DNA from: an uncultured bacterium
GTDB lineage: Bacteria > Chlamydiota > Chlamydiia > Chlamydiales > JACRBE01
Reading direction: 5' to 3'
Assembly (NCBI GenBank): GCA_964429005.1
Contig: CAYSAJ010000005.1
Coordinates: 5,354 to 69,353, forward strand
Length of the DNA stretch: 64,000 nucleotides
Position numbers and translations under genes: made by a program. Under the pieces are notes generated by a model. It was not told where the DNA came from, did no database searches, and worked only from the letters and a program-made list of their open reading frames with translations. Position 1 is the stretch's first letter; every line of letters begins with the position of its first letter. Of the stretch, positions 10,077 to 18,793 are shown one piece after another.

Positions 10077-11436
10077 TTTCATTTATCTCCTTTTTCTTCC
10101 TTTTATTTCACTTTACGCTGAGTCCACCCACATCCAGGCAGACCATATCCGCTATCAGCAGCAGCATCTTGCACTAGATGGTCATGTTCTTATTGATCAT
10201 CCTATGGCAAATCTTTCCTCAGAACATGCTCTTCTAGAAACAAAAGCAAAACAGCTGCTTAAAGCAGTTGCTGAGGGCAGTGTCTCTCTTGTTTTCCCTA
10301 ATCAAAGTTCCCTTTCTTGTGAGATAGCAACCATCGATTTTCAAACTCTGCAAGGATCTATGGGTGGCAAAATCGTATCCTTCAGAGATTCATCCCACAC
10401 CTACCAAAATTTGCCTCTGCAGATTTTGGGACCTAAGATGAATTTTGAGCTGATCCCGCTTGGGACAAATTCATATGATGTTTCAAAGATTAGGCTACAA
10501 GATGGGATTGAGATCCTCTACTCTGATGCCTACTCGCTCAAAGGTGATCTAGGAGAATATCGCCATGAAGAAGGGAAATCTGATGTCATCGAAGTTATGT
10601 CTCACACTCCCTACGGATGTGAAATGATTCATGAAAAACAGCAGATGAAATGCAATTCTATTCTCTATGAAATAGAAAAATCACTCCTTCATATAGACCA
10701 TGCAAAAGGTTTTTTTCATCACCCAGCTCGGACTGAATCGATTTATTTTGAAACAGATCATGTTTCCTACGATGAGCTTTACCAAGAATGCTTATTTCAA
10801 GAAAAATCCTACCTTAGCGATGAGGAGTGGGGGCAAATTTACAGTGAGGGGTCAGTTCTTCTTTGGAAAGAGCCCTTTGTGAGCACTTTTTCTTTTGACC
10901 ATATGGACACAAAAGGGAAAGTTTTTGTCGATTTTATTAGCTCAGGAGAAAAGCAGAGACTTGAATGCTACGGCACGACTTATCTTGATAAAAACCTAGG
11001 ATCATTTAGGGCGATTAAACCCACTTTTGCAATCATCCCTCATTCACAATTTAGACAAAACGTCTACGAAAGAGGTTCTCTAAAAGTATTATGCGACGAA
11101 CTTACCATGGAGATAGAGAAAAAGCCAGGAGCGCTTATTCCAACTCTGCTTCGCTTTGCTGGTCACGTACAAGTATTGTCTAAAGAAGATCTTGCATTTG
11201 ACCGTGTAATCTGTGATGAGCTTATTTATGATTTATCTAATGATATAATGACTCTATCAGCCCATGAAGGTAACGCCATATCCTTTCACAAATCATCGTG
11301 TGAAATGGTTCTGCAGGCGGAAAAAATCCAAATTTTTGAGAAGAAAAGAATCAAAGCAATTGGCAAAACAGAATTTGTCTTTTCTACTGATGAGAAAAAT
11401 ATCCTAAAAAAAGCCCTTAAAAAACCCCCTCGATAA
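10066..11436 (+). CDS. Secreted OstA/LptA-like protein (456 aa)
   Basis: It has a signal-like N-terminus (IYLLFLPFISLYAES). The pattern IQADHIRY...LALDGHVLIDHP...LSSEHALLE resembles the OstA_N fold signature. It overlaps the previous gene by 11 nt and ends 2 nt before lptB. Confidence 0.5.
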   Translation: MKRDFIYLLFLPFISLYAESTHIQADHIRYQQQHLALDGHVLIDHPMANLSSEHALLETKAKQLLKAVAEGSVSLVFPNQSSLSCEIATIDFQTLQGSMGGKIVSFRDSSHTYQNLPLQILGPKMNFELIPLGTNSYDVSKIRLQDGIEILYSDAYSLKGDLGEYRHEEGKSDVIEVMSHTPYGCEMIHEKQQMKCNSILYEIEKSLLHIDHAKGFFHHPARTESIYFETDHVSYDELYQECLFQEKSYLSDEEWGQIYSEGSVLLWKEPFVSTFSFDHMDTKGKVFVDFISSGEKQRLECYGTTYLDKNLGSFRAIKPTFAIIPHSQFRQNVYERGSLKVLCDELTMEIEKKPGALIPTLLRFAGHVQVLSKEDLAFDRVICDELIYDLSNDIMTLSAHEGNAISFHKSSCEMVLQAEKIQIFEKKRIKAIGKTEFVFSTDEKNILKKALKKPPR

Positions 11437-11438
11437 CT

Positions 11439-12176
11439 ATGGAAAATTCTTCCTCTCCCCTTTTAGAAGTTCGTCAGATCTCTAAGACATATGGAAATAA
11501 AACAACGCTCAGTCAGGTATCTCTTTATGTCGCACCCGGAGAAATTGTGGGTCTTCTGGGGCCCAATGGAGCAGGGAAAACGACAGCCTTTTATATTACT
11601 GTTGGACTGATCAAACCAGATCAGGGCCAAATTTTTTTTGAAGGGAAAGAGATCACAAAAATGTCCATTGATGCTAGGGCAAAAATGGGAATCGGATATT
11701 TAGCTCAAGAGCCCTCGATTTTTCGAGCTCTAACAGTAGAAGACAATTTACGATGCATTTTAGAAACTCTTCCCCTAAGCAAAAACCAGCTTGAAATGAA
11801 ACTAACAGCCCTTTTAGGTGAGCTCCATTTAGAACCTCTTAGAAAGGTGAAAGCAGGCAAATTGTCAGGAGGAGAAAGAAGAAGACTTGAAATTACAAGA
11901 GCCCTCATTTCCGAACCTCGGCTTCTACTACTCGATGAGCCGTTTGCTAACGTAGATCCTCTGACAGTATCTGATGTGAAAAAGATGATCTGTCTCCTGA
12001 GAGATAAAAATATCAGTATTTTGATCACGGACCATAATGCAAGGGAAATTTTCTCTGTCGTAGATCGTAGCTATCTTCTTTATCAAGGGGGGGTCAAAGC
12101 AGAAGGAAATGTTTCTGCGCTGCTTGGCAACGAAGAAGTTAAGAATCTCTACCTTGGTCACAACTTTAGTTTGTAA
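11439..12176 (+). CDS. lptB: LPS export ABC transporter ATP-binding protein
   Basis: Walker A GPNGAGKTT, signature LSGGERRRLEITRAL and Walker B LLLLDEPF are present. Its size and context are typical of LptB. Confidence 0.9.
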   Translation: MENSSSPLLEVRQISKTYGNKTTLSQVSLYVAPGEIVGLLGPNGAGKTTAFYITVGLIKPDQGQIFFEGKEITKMSIDARAKMGIGYLAQEPSIFRALTVEDNLRCILETLPLSKNQLEMKLTALLGELHLEPLRKVKAGKLSGGERRRLEITRALISEPRLLLLDEPFANVDPLTVSDVKKMICLLRDKNISILITDHNAREIFSVVDRSYLLYQGGVKAEGNVSALLGNEEVKNLYLGHNFSL

Positions 12177-13228
12177 AAAGCTTTTTTGACTTCTTCTATA
12201 GGAAGTGATTCTAAACATTCACTACGATGTGAATCGTTACACCCTGCTTTATAGCACGGGCGACATGCCATTTCATTATAAACGATGACAGCATGAGGAT
12301 GTTGCCATGGAGCCCAACGTTTTTCTGAAGTAGGCCCAAATATAGCAACTAAGGGTGTTTTAAGTGCTGCTGCCATATGCATCGGGACCGAGTCAACACT
12401 CACCATGATCTTCGCTTTTTGAATTAAAGCGCCGAGCTCCTTCAAATTGATTTTACCGGCAAAGTTCACAAAAATTTCTTCGGGAAGCTTTTGCACGAGC
12501 TGGAGAATATAATCCATTTCTTCCCTTGCCGGTGACCCTGTAATCACAAAACGGACCTTCGTTTCTTCATAAATTTGTTTCATGAGCTCTGCAACTTTAT
12601 CTACAGGCCATGATTTGAACATCCATCTTGATACGGGATGAATTAAATAAAACTCATCTAGGTGGTGAAGTTTTAATAAATCCAAAGCAGATGCTTGATC
12701 TTTATTTGGGATCACAAATTGTAAATAGCGATCTTCAACTGAAGGATGAATCCCCATATCACGAAGGATGTCTAAATTCATTTCCACTTTATGCTTGATT
12801 CCGGGGCGCTCTTTAGAGAGTTTTGTATAGCATTTTTCTTTGAGCCACATCCCTGTTTTTTTGGGATCTAACCCAATCGTATAAGAAGCATTCGATAGCA
12901 AAGAGACAAGAGCTCCCCTGTCCCCTTCAGTCATATTGATGACAAGGTCATACGATTCTTTTCTTAGATTAAAAAGCATCTTAAGCTCTTTGGTATATCG
13001 ATAGAAAAACCCCTGTTTTTTCCATCCCTTGTCATAAAGCTTAAGAGTATGAATAAAGGGTAACCCTTCCAGCATAGGCGCCGCTTCTTTGTAGATATAA
13101 ACATCGAGATCGGCTTCGGGCATTTCTTTTTTTAAAGTGTAAAGCAAAGGAGTTGTAAGAAGGACATCCCCATGATGTCTCAGTTGAATCACTAAGATTT
13201 TTTTGATTTTTGCAAAATCGATATCCAT
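12158..13228 (-). CDS. Glycosyltransferase family 9 (LPS heptosyltransferase-like)
   Basis: GT9 N-terminal motif KILVIQLRHHGDVLLTTPL and C-terminal SVDSVPMHMAAALKTPLVAIFGPT are present. Confidence 0.85.
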   Translation of the reverse strand: MDIDFAKIKKILVIQLRHHGDVLLTTPLLYTLKKEMPEADLDVYIYKEAAPMLEGLPFIHTLKLYDKGWKKQGFFYRYTKELKMLFNLRKESYDLVINMTEGDRGALVSLLSNASYTIGLDPKKTGMWLKEKCYTKLSKERPGIKHKVEMNLDILRDMGIHPSVEDRYLQFVIPNKDQASALDLLKLHHLDEFYLIHPVSRWMFKSWPVDKVAELMKQIYEETKVRFVITGSPAREEMDYILQLVQKLPEEIFVNFAGKINLKELGALIQKAKIMVSVDSVPMHMAAALKTPLVAIFGPTSEKRWAPWQHPHAVIVYNEMACRPCYKAGCNDSHRSECLESLPIEEVKKAFYKLKL

Positions 13229-13319
13229 GGCAATTTCCTATACTTTAGAGATAAGAACTGCCAACTATTATGGAGGAAAACAAATAAAAAAGATAAAGCT
13301 ATGACTCATCTTAGATTCA

Positions 13320-14351
13320 TTAAGAAGCGACAGCGTAGCGTCTTCTTCTCCAAGCAAGCTCGGCCGCTCCAGCAAAAATGTAAAACTTGAAGGCTGGCTC
13401 TGCTAAAGAAACTATTTTTGTGGTTACAGCCTCTGCTCTTGCAGATCTGCCATCGGCAGAAAGTTCTGCTGTTTCGTCCTCAGAATCATAAAATAAATGA
13501 TCACGCACCATAAGATTCACTCTGGGGGTCAACGCCGTAGGAGTATGGATCCCTCCCTCAGATAAAAATCGGAAATTAAAGACTTCTCGAACGAGCCCAT
13601 GTTCTAGATATATGAGAAACCCAGGATGGGCACCCATTTCAGTTGGATTAGAAAAATTCCACTCTGGAATCTGAACTCGTAATATTGATAATTTATGAAA
13701 TTTAGCAAATATAAGGGCCGCTAAGTACCCTGCGACAAAAGCTTTTGGAGATCTTTCTTCTGAAGTAGAAAACAAAGTTAAAGAGCGCTCTGTAATTCTG
13801 GCATCATCTGTATCAGAGAGTCTCGACGATGCTGCGAGCTCATGAATATAACCGCTCAAAATCATGATAAGTTCTTGGGAAAGAGTGAGCCCTTCCACAT
13901 GAGTGATCATTCTATCATCCCCAGCCATTGAAGCGACAATTTCTGGACGATGACAGTGAACAGCTTGAATGAATAGAGAGGACATTTCGGGGCTATCTGG
14001 AGGGATAACGATTTCGACGAGCTGTTTGATCCTATCCCATGGGGCTCTAAAAAAGATCAATTCGCTGATATACGTCGTTTGATCTTCATGGGGGGCTCTA
14101 GTGAATAGCTCTATAGGGAAGTCATTTAAAATGGCTTGTATCTCAGGGGTTTTGGCTCGATGCGCTTCATGGGCCAAGTCTGTAATATCTTTGAGATCTA
14201 TAACTTGAAGGGAAGTAGCAAAAAGACCTCTTATAACATCTGCTGAAGCTTTATCTTTTATTGCCTTGCGCACTAGAGACACTGCCTCCTCCCTACTGAG
14301 AGAAAGAGAATACACTGATGTGCTACCAAACAAACCGACAGGAGAAGCCAT
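13320..14351 (-). CDS. Hypothetical protein (343 aa from ATG at 14351)
   Basis: It is a long ORF with no recognisable motif. The ATG at 14351 (MASPVGLF) is preferred over the TTG at 14360. A very AT-rich spacer lies upstream. Confidence 0.6.
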   Translation of the reverse strand: MASPVGLFGSTSVYSLSLSREEAVSLVRKAIKDKASADVIRGLFATSLQVIDLKDITDLAHEAHRAKTPEIQAILNDFPIELFTRAPHEDQTTYISELIFFRAPWDRIKQLVEIVIPPDSPEMSSLFIQAVHCHRPEIVASMAGDDRMITHVEGLTLSQELIMILSGYIHELAASSRLSDTDDARITERSLTLFSTSEERSPKAFVAGYLAALIFAKFHKLSILRVQIPEWNFSNPTEMGAHPGFLIYLEHGLVREVFNFRFLSEGGIHTPTALTPRVNLMVRDHLFYDSEDETAELSADGRSARAEAVTTKIVSLAEPAFKFYIFAGAAELAWRRRRYAVAS

Positions 14352-14462
14352 ATATACCAATTTAATAATTAAAATTTGCTTATATTATATGTTTTATTCT
14401 CTTTTATTTGAACATTATAATTAATCAAATATTATTTATTTAGATATTTAATATTTAGGATG

Positions 14463-15968
14463 TTATGAATTAAGTTTGACCCAATCAATCAGAAAGGTAG
14501 CTCTGGGAATGAATACAACCTCTCCTTCCCGTCGAGAAAACCACTGTTTTTCTATGGTTTCGGCCGCTCGAAGATCCTTTAAAGCTTCTTCTTGATTCCC
14601 CATTAAAAAATGAACCATCCCTCTTTCTATGAAAAGATTAGAGTTTTCTGGCATCTGGGTTATCTCGTCTGAATAAATTTTAAGAGCTTCCTCATACTGA
14701 CCCATCAAAGCCAACGAAGGCGCTTTATAGTAAGAAAAATGGTGTGGAAATATCGGTGAAGAAATAATTTTTTCATAATCCCCTCTTCTAAAATCTTTTT
14801 CAGGCGAGCTCATAAAAATTTCCTCATCGGAAGCTACAAAGGAAGGATTTAACCCAGCGGCTTTCATAAGAAGCGCAGATAAAATCTGATCTATTCGATT
14901 TCCCTGCCTCAAAAGCTCTAGATTTTCATCACCACCAAGGTAAAATGCAGCGACTCTTTGAAGAGAGTGGAAAAAAGGAGTTCCCCCGTTACAATTTTCA
15001 ACAAGACATTTTGCAGAGGCCTCTAAGTTTCCGATTTGATAATAGGCCTGTGCTAGAATATTGTAGTGATGATAAGAGAGCTCAGCAGGAATCTCATAAG
15101 TTTCCATTAAATCGATCGCTTCTTCAAAGGCCAAAACAGCTTCCTGATAAGATCTGTTTTCGAAAAGCCTCATTCCTTCTTCTATTTTTCTCATAAATAG
15201 AGAGAAAGGAGAATTTTGCGATGGCTCTAATTTTTGAGCTAACGCGACAGCAAGCATCTTGGAAGAGAAGGATAAGAAATATTGATCCAGAGGATTAGTA
15301 TGAGGAGGTTTATTGAGATCTACAAGAGCATAGGCCGTTTCATTCATGACCTCTTTATTATCTAGTTTTTCCGCGATGATATATCTCGCCTCAAGAGCTG
15401 CTTGATTTGAAGCGGCAAAAGGAATCTTAAGCGCTCCTTCAAGATCTCCTTCTTCGACTTTATCCATCACTTCTTTCATGTAGAACCCCTGAGGTCTTGG
15501 AGGGCATTGAGGAAACTTTTCAGGATGTAATTTTACGTAGATCCAAGCCATGGGTATTTCTAACTCAGCCATTTTGTAGATGATCTCTTGCCCTTTCTCT
15601 GGTTGACCTTCATAGATATAGCATAAGCCAAGTGCGAAATATTCTCTCTTGGTTACATAGCTCATCTCATCAGCAGAGTCTAAAGGAGCATATTTTTCAG
15701 CTAACGATAAATAAAGGGGGAGTTGCTCTTCCGGGAATGGAGACTCATTGATCTGCTGCAGAAGTCTCTCAAGTTCTTCATGTTCTTTTTTGTGTTCTTC
15801 AATTCTTCTATGAGCCGTGTCACTTAAATGTTGAAACTTTCTCCATGCAGCTTTTGAAGGTTTAGAAACTTCTTGCGAATCTTTTAAAGTAATGGGCAGA
15901 TTGTCAAGAGACCCACTTCTAGAGGCTGGCTGTCTTTGTGAAGATAATAGATGTTCAAGATTGATCAT
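14463..15968 (-). CDS. TPR-like repeat protein (501 aa)
   Basis: Repeated helical A/Y/L-rich units are present (e.g. YQEAVLAFEEAIDL, AQAYYQIGNLEASAKCL, GQYEEALKIYSDEI, MGNQEEALKDLRAAE). No catalytic motif was seen. Confidence 0.65.
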   Translation of the reverse strand: MINLEHLLSSQRQPASRSGSLDNLPITLKDSQEVSKPSKAAWRKFQHLSDTAHRRIEEHKKEHEELERLLQQINESPFPEEQLPLYLSLAEKYAPLDSADEMSYVTKREYFALGLCYIYEGQPEKGQEIIYKMAELEIPMAWIYVKLHPEKFPQCPPRPQGFYMKEVMDKVEEGDLEGALKIPFAASNQAALEARYIIAEKLDNKEVMNETAYALVDLNKPPHTNPLDQYFLSFSSKMLAVALAQKLEPSQNSPFSLFMRKIEEGMRLFENRSYQEAVLAFEEAIDLMETYEIPAELSYHHYNILAQAYYQIGNLEASAKCLVENCNGGTPFFHSLQRVAAFYLGGDENLELLRQGNRIDQILSALLMKAAGLNPSFVASDEEIFMSSPEKDFRRGDYEKIISSPIFPHHFSYYKAPSLALMGQYEEALKIYSDEITQMPENSNLFIERGMVHFLMGNQEEALKDLRAAETIEKQWFSRREGEVVFIPRATFLIDWVKLNS

Positions 15969-15980
15969 AAAGCTACTCCT

Positions 15981-16640
15981 TTAAATGCTATTTGCAACAA
16001 TTCTCTGTGCTATATCCCTTACAAAAAAAGTACATACAAAGAAGATAATCCCTGAATCGGCTCCTCTTGAATTTAAGACCGCTGAGTCACAGTAAAGTTG
16101 AGTCTCTTCAAACTCTCTTCTTGAATGTTCGGCATAGTCTCTAAATTCTACCGCTTTTTCTGAATTGTCCATGATCTTGTGCAAAAGAGCCATAACGAGA
16201 AGTCCATCAGATAGCATCTGATCTGGATTACAATCTTTTGTCATCGAATCTAGGTAGCTAAGAGCTTCGTAATATTCCTGCGGAGCAAAAGTCCCTTTTT
16301 TCGTTTCAATATAAACTTTAGCTAAACTCGATGATGATGAAAGTTCTATTTTATCAGTTTGTTCAGTCTCATAGTAGGCGATGCTTAAGTAGTCTTTCAT
16401 CATAGAAGAAAACGAACCATCCGGGTCTTGTTTCTCGATTTTCTGGAGGAATTCTTCTGTGAGTGAGATGTAGCGATCGATATCAATTTCATCACTCTCC
16501 AATATCTCTCTTAGCTCTTTGTAAAGGGCGGTTGCATACATTTTTAGCGAGATGGAATCCATGAGATTATTTGGTAGGCCGTCTATATCAGACAGAGAAA
16601 AGTTTGTTTGATGAACTGACGAAAACGCATCTATATTCAT
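15981..16640 (-). CDS. Hypothetical protein (219 aa), probably co-transcribed with the TPR protein
   Basis: Only a 12-nt gap separates it from the downstream gene. It is helical and acidic, with no recognisable domain. Confidence 0.55.
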   Translation of the reverse strand: MNIDAFSSVHQTNFSLSDIDGLPNNLMDSISLKMYATALYKELREILESDEIDIDRYISLTEEFLQKIEKQDPDGSFSSMMKDYLSIAYYETEQTDKIELSSSSSLAKVYIETKKGTFAPQEYYEALSYLDSMTKDCNPDQMLSDGLLVMALLHKIMDNSEKAVEFRDYAEHSRREFEETQLYCDSAVLNSRGADSGIIFFVCTFFVRDIAQRIVANSI

Positions 16641-16824
16641 AATTTGCCATTTTGAAATAATTGAGAGACTAATTTATCAAAAAGCAAAAATTAATAAAAT
16701 TACACAAACTAATTTAAATAAAATTAGAAAAAGCGAGCTATTCGATTCAGAATTAAAAATATTTATTAAATAGAAACAATTCTTTTAGGTTTATTAGAAT
16801 TTATTGAAGAAACAAGAAATTAAC

Positions 16825-17418
16825 ATGAAAAAGACTCTCGCGATACTATTTACTCTGCTCAGTGTTCTAGCCTGGTCTGAAAACCCCATTAATTCCCCTT
16901 ATTACATACCCGCAAAACAAATCCGTTTACACAAGCCGATTGAGGAGTCTTCGTATCATCCTTACTTAGGGGCAGGAGTTTCTGTATTTGTTTATGGATC
17001 TCAATACCAAATCTCGTTTCCTTATTCTGCAAACGCAGCATTTGGGGCAAGGCAAACGATTCCAAATCATAGGATGGGTTTTGATCTTTCGATCAACTAT
17101 ACGGCTACTTTCGTTAGCCACTATTTTTTTGGGAAAGGAATGCTTCCTGTCTATTTGAATAAAGAAAATCCTGAAGAATCTGCTTATATCGCTCCTTATT
17201 TGTGCGTTGGCTTTAATCAATACTACACTTTCGGCACGGATCTAAAAAATTCTGATTCAGGGCTTCTTGCCATCAATGGAATTGCTTTTGGCAAAAACTA
17301 TCTGGTTAACGACAAAATGCAGTTTTTTCAAGTTAGTGCCAACATATCTCGTCTAGATTTGCCAGGATCCTGGATGCTTTGGCCCACTCTTACTTTTCAG
17401 TATGGGATGGGATTTTAA
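16825..17418 (+). CDS. Small outer-membrane beta-barrel-like protein
   Basis: The ATG at 16825 gives a signal peptide, MKKTLAILFTLLSVLAWS. The sequence has alternating aromatic/hydrophilic stretches and a C-terminal aromatic end, TFQYGMGF, as in OMPs. Confidence 0.6.
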   Translation: MKKTLAILFTLLSVLAWSENPINSPYYIPAKQIRLHKPIEESSYHPYLGAGVSVFVYGSQYQISFPYSANAAFGARQTIPNHRMGFDLSINYTATFVSHYFFGKGMLPVYLNKENPEESAYIAPYLCVGFNQYYTFGTDLKNSDSGLLAINGIAFGKNYLVNDKMQFFQVSANISRLDLPGSWMLWPTLTFQYGMGF

Positions 17419-17470
17419 GGCTCTGTGTTCTAAATCCCTGATTCGATCATCGCAGACATTATTAATTAAA

Positions 17471-17505
17471 GCGTTTACTATTAGGCGTTTACTATTAGGC
17501 GTTTA
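17471..17505. repeat. 14-nt tandem repeat (gcgtttactattag x2 plus a partial copy)
   Basis: It can be read directly just upstream of the AAA ATPase gene. Confidence 0.7.
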
Positions 17506-17553
17506 AGAAAATTTATTGATTTTGCTCAATGAATTGAGTAAAAAAGAAATGCT

Positions 17554-18741
17554 ATGATCCATAGAAATGTTTATAAAGATTTAGTGTTAAGACTTAAAGA
17601 GCCTAGGCGATTTATCCAAGTTCTTCTTGGACCGAGACAGGTAGGCAAAACGACGATGTCCTTGCAAATCCAAGAGGATCTTCAAATATCGATTCATTAT
17701 AATTCTGCAGACATCGCAACTCTAGAAGACCTGTCTTGGATCGAAACACAGTGGCAAGTCGCTAGAACTTTAGCAAAAAATCATGGGTCAGCTCTTCTTA
17801 TTATTGATGAAGTACAAAAAATCCCTCACTGGTCATCATTGATCAAAAAGTTGTGGGATGAAGATACTAAAACCAAACTTAATCTAAAGGTGATTATTCT
17901 TCGTTCTTCCCCATGGCTCATGCAAAAAGGATTATCAGAAAGCTTAGCTGGTAGATTTGAAATTCTTCCAATCACTCATTGGTCTTTTGAGGAAATGCAA
18001 ACTGCTTTTTCTTGGGATATTGATACATTTATTTTTTATGGGGGTTATCCAGGACCTGCATCTTTCATTCAAAATCATCAATATTCTCGTTGGGAAAATT
18101 ATATTAATGATTCCCTTATTGAAACTACCATTTCTAGAGACATTCTTTTGATGACTCAAGTCAATAAACCTATTTTACTTCGAAGACTTTTTCAACTTGG
18201 GTGCATTTACTCTTCTCAAATTCTGTCGTATCAAAAAATGCTGGGTCAACTTGATGATGCTGGGAACACCACAACACTCGCTCATTATTTAGAACTTTTA
18301 TCTGGGGCAGGCTTATTAACAGGAATTTCAAAATTCGCGAATGAGGAAGTTCGAAGTAAAAGTTCTAGTCCGAAATTACAAGTTCTAAATACGGCATTAA
18401 TGAGTGCACAATCAGGAAAAACCCTTCAAGAGGCGAAAGATGATACCGAATATTGGGGAAGGCTCGTTGAGTCTGCAGTTGGAGCTTATCTACTGAATCA
18501 AATAAGAGGAACTCAAATAGAGTTATTTTATTGGCGAGACAAAAATAAGGAAGTAGATTTTATTCTCAAAAAAGGAAAAAAGCTGATTGCGCTAGAAGTA
18601 AAAAGCTCCCTAAAAAAAGAAACACTTTCAGGAATGAACGCTTTTGTCAGCATGTTTAATCCATTTAAAGCACTAGTTGTTGGAAACCAAGGGATCTCGA
18701 TCCAAGATTTCCTCTCCACTCCTATTGACTCATTATTTTAG
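17554..18741 (+). CDS. AAA-type ATPase of the AAA_14/DUF4143 kind
   Basis: Walker A GPRQVGKTT and Walker B LLIIDEVQKIP are present. The C-terminal EVDFILKK...LIALEVKS resembles a restriction-endonuclease-like (PD-(D/E)xK) tail, typical of this family. Confidence 0.8.
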   Translation: MIHRNVYKDLVLRLKEPRRFIQVLLGPRQVGKTTMSLQIQEDLQISIHYNSADIATLEDLSWIETQWQVARTLAKNHGSALLIIDEVQKIPHWSSLIKKLWDEDTKTKLNLKVIILRSSPWLMQKGLSESLAGRFEILPITHWSFEEMQTAFSWDIDTFIFYGGYPGPASFIQNHQYSRWENYINDSLIETTISRDILLMTQVNKPILLRRLFQLGCIYSSQILSYQKMLGQLDDAGNTTTLAHYLELLSGAGLLTGISKFANEEVRSKSSSPKLQVLNTALMSAQSGKTLQEAKDDTEYWGRLVESAVGAYLLNQIRGTQIELFYWRDKNKEVDFILKKGKKLIALEVKSSLKKETLSGMNAFVSMFNPFKALVVGNQGISIQDFLSTPIDSLF

Positions 18742-18793
18742 GAGTTATGAGTGGATTCATAATGTTGAACTTTTCCTCAAATCACCATATTTA

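Noticed and set aside
17471-17505. Short tandem repeats (also aatgtcgtaa x2 near 20941-20960) considered as possible CRISPR or regulatory arrays.
   Set aside because: There are only 2-3 contiguous copies with no spacers, and no cas genes. They are too short to call anything beyond simple tandem repeats.
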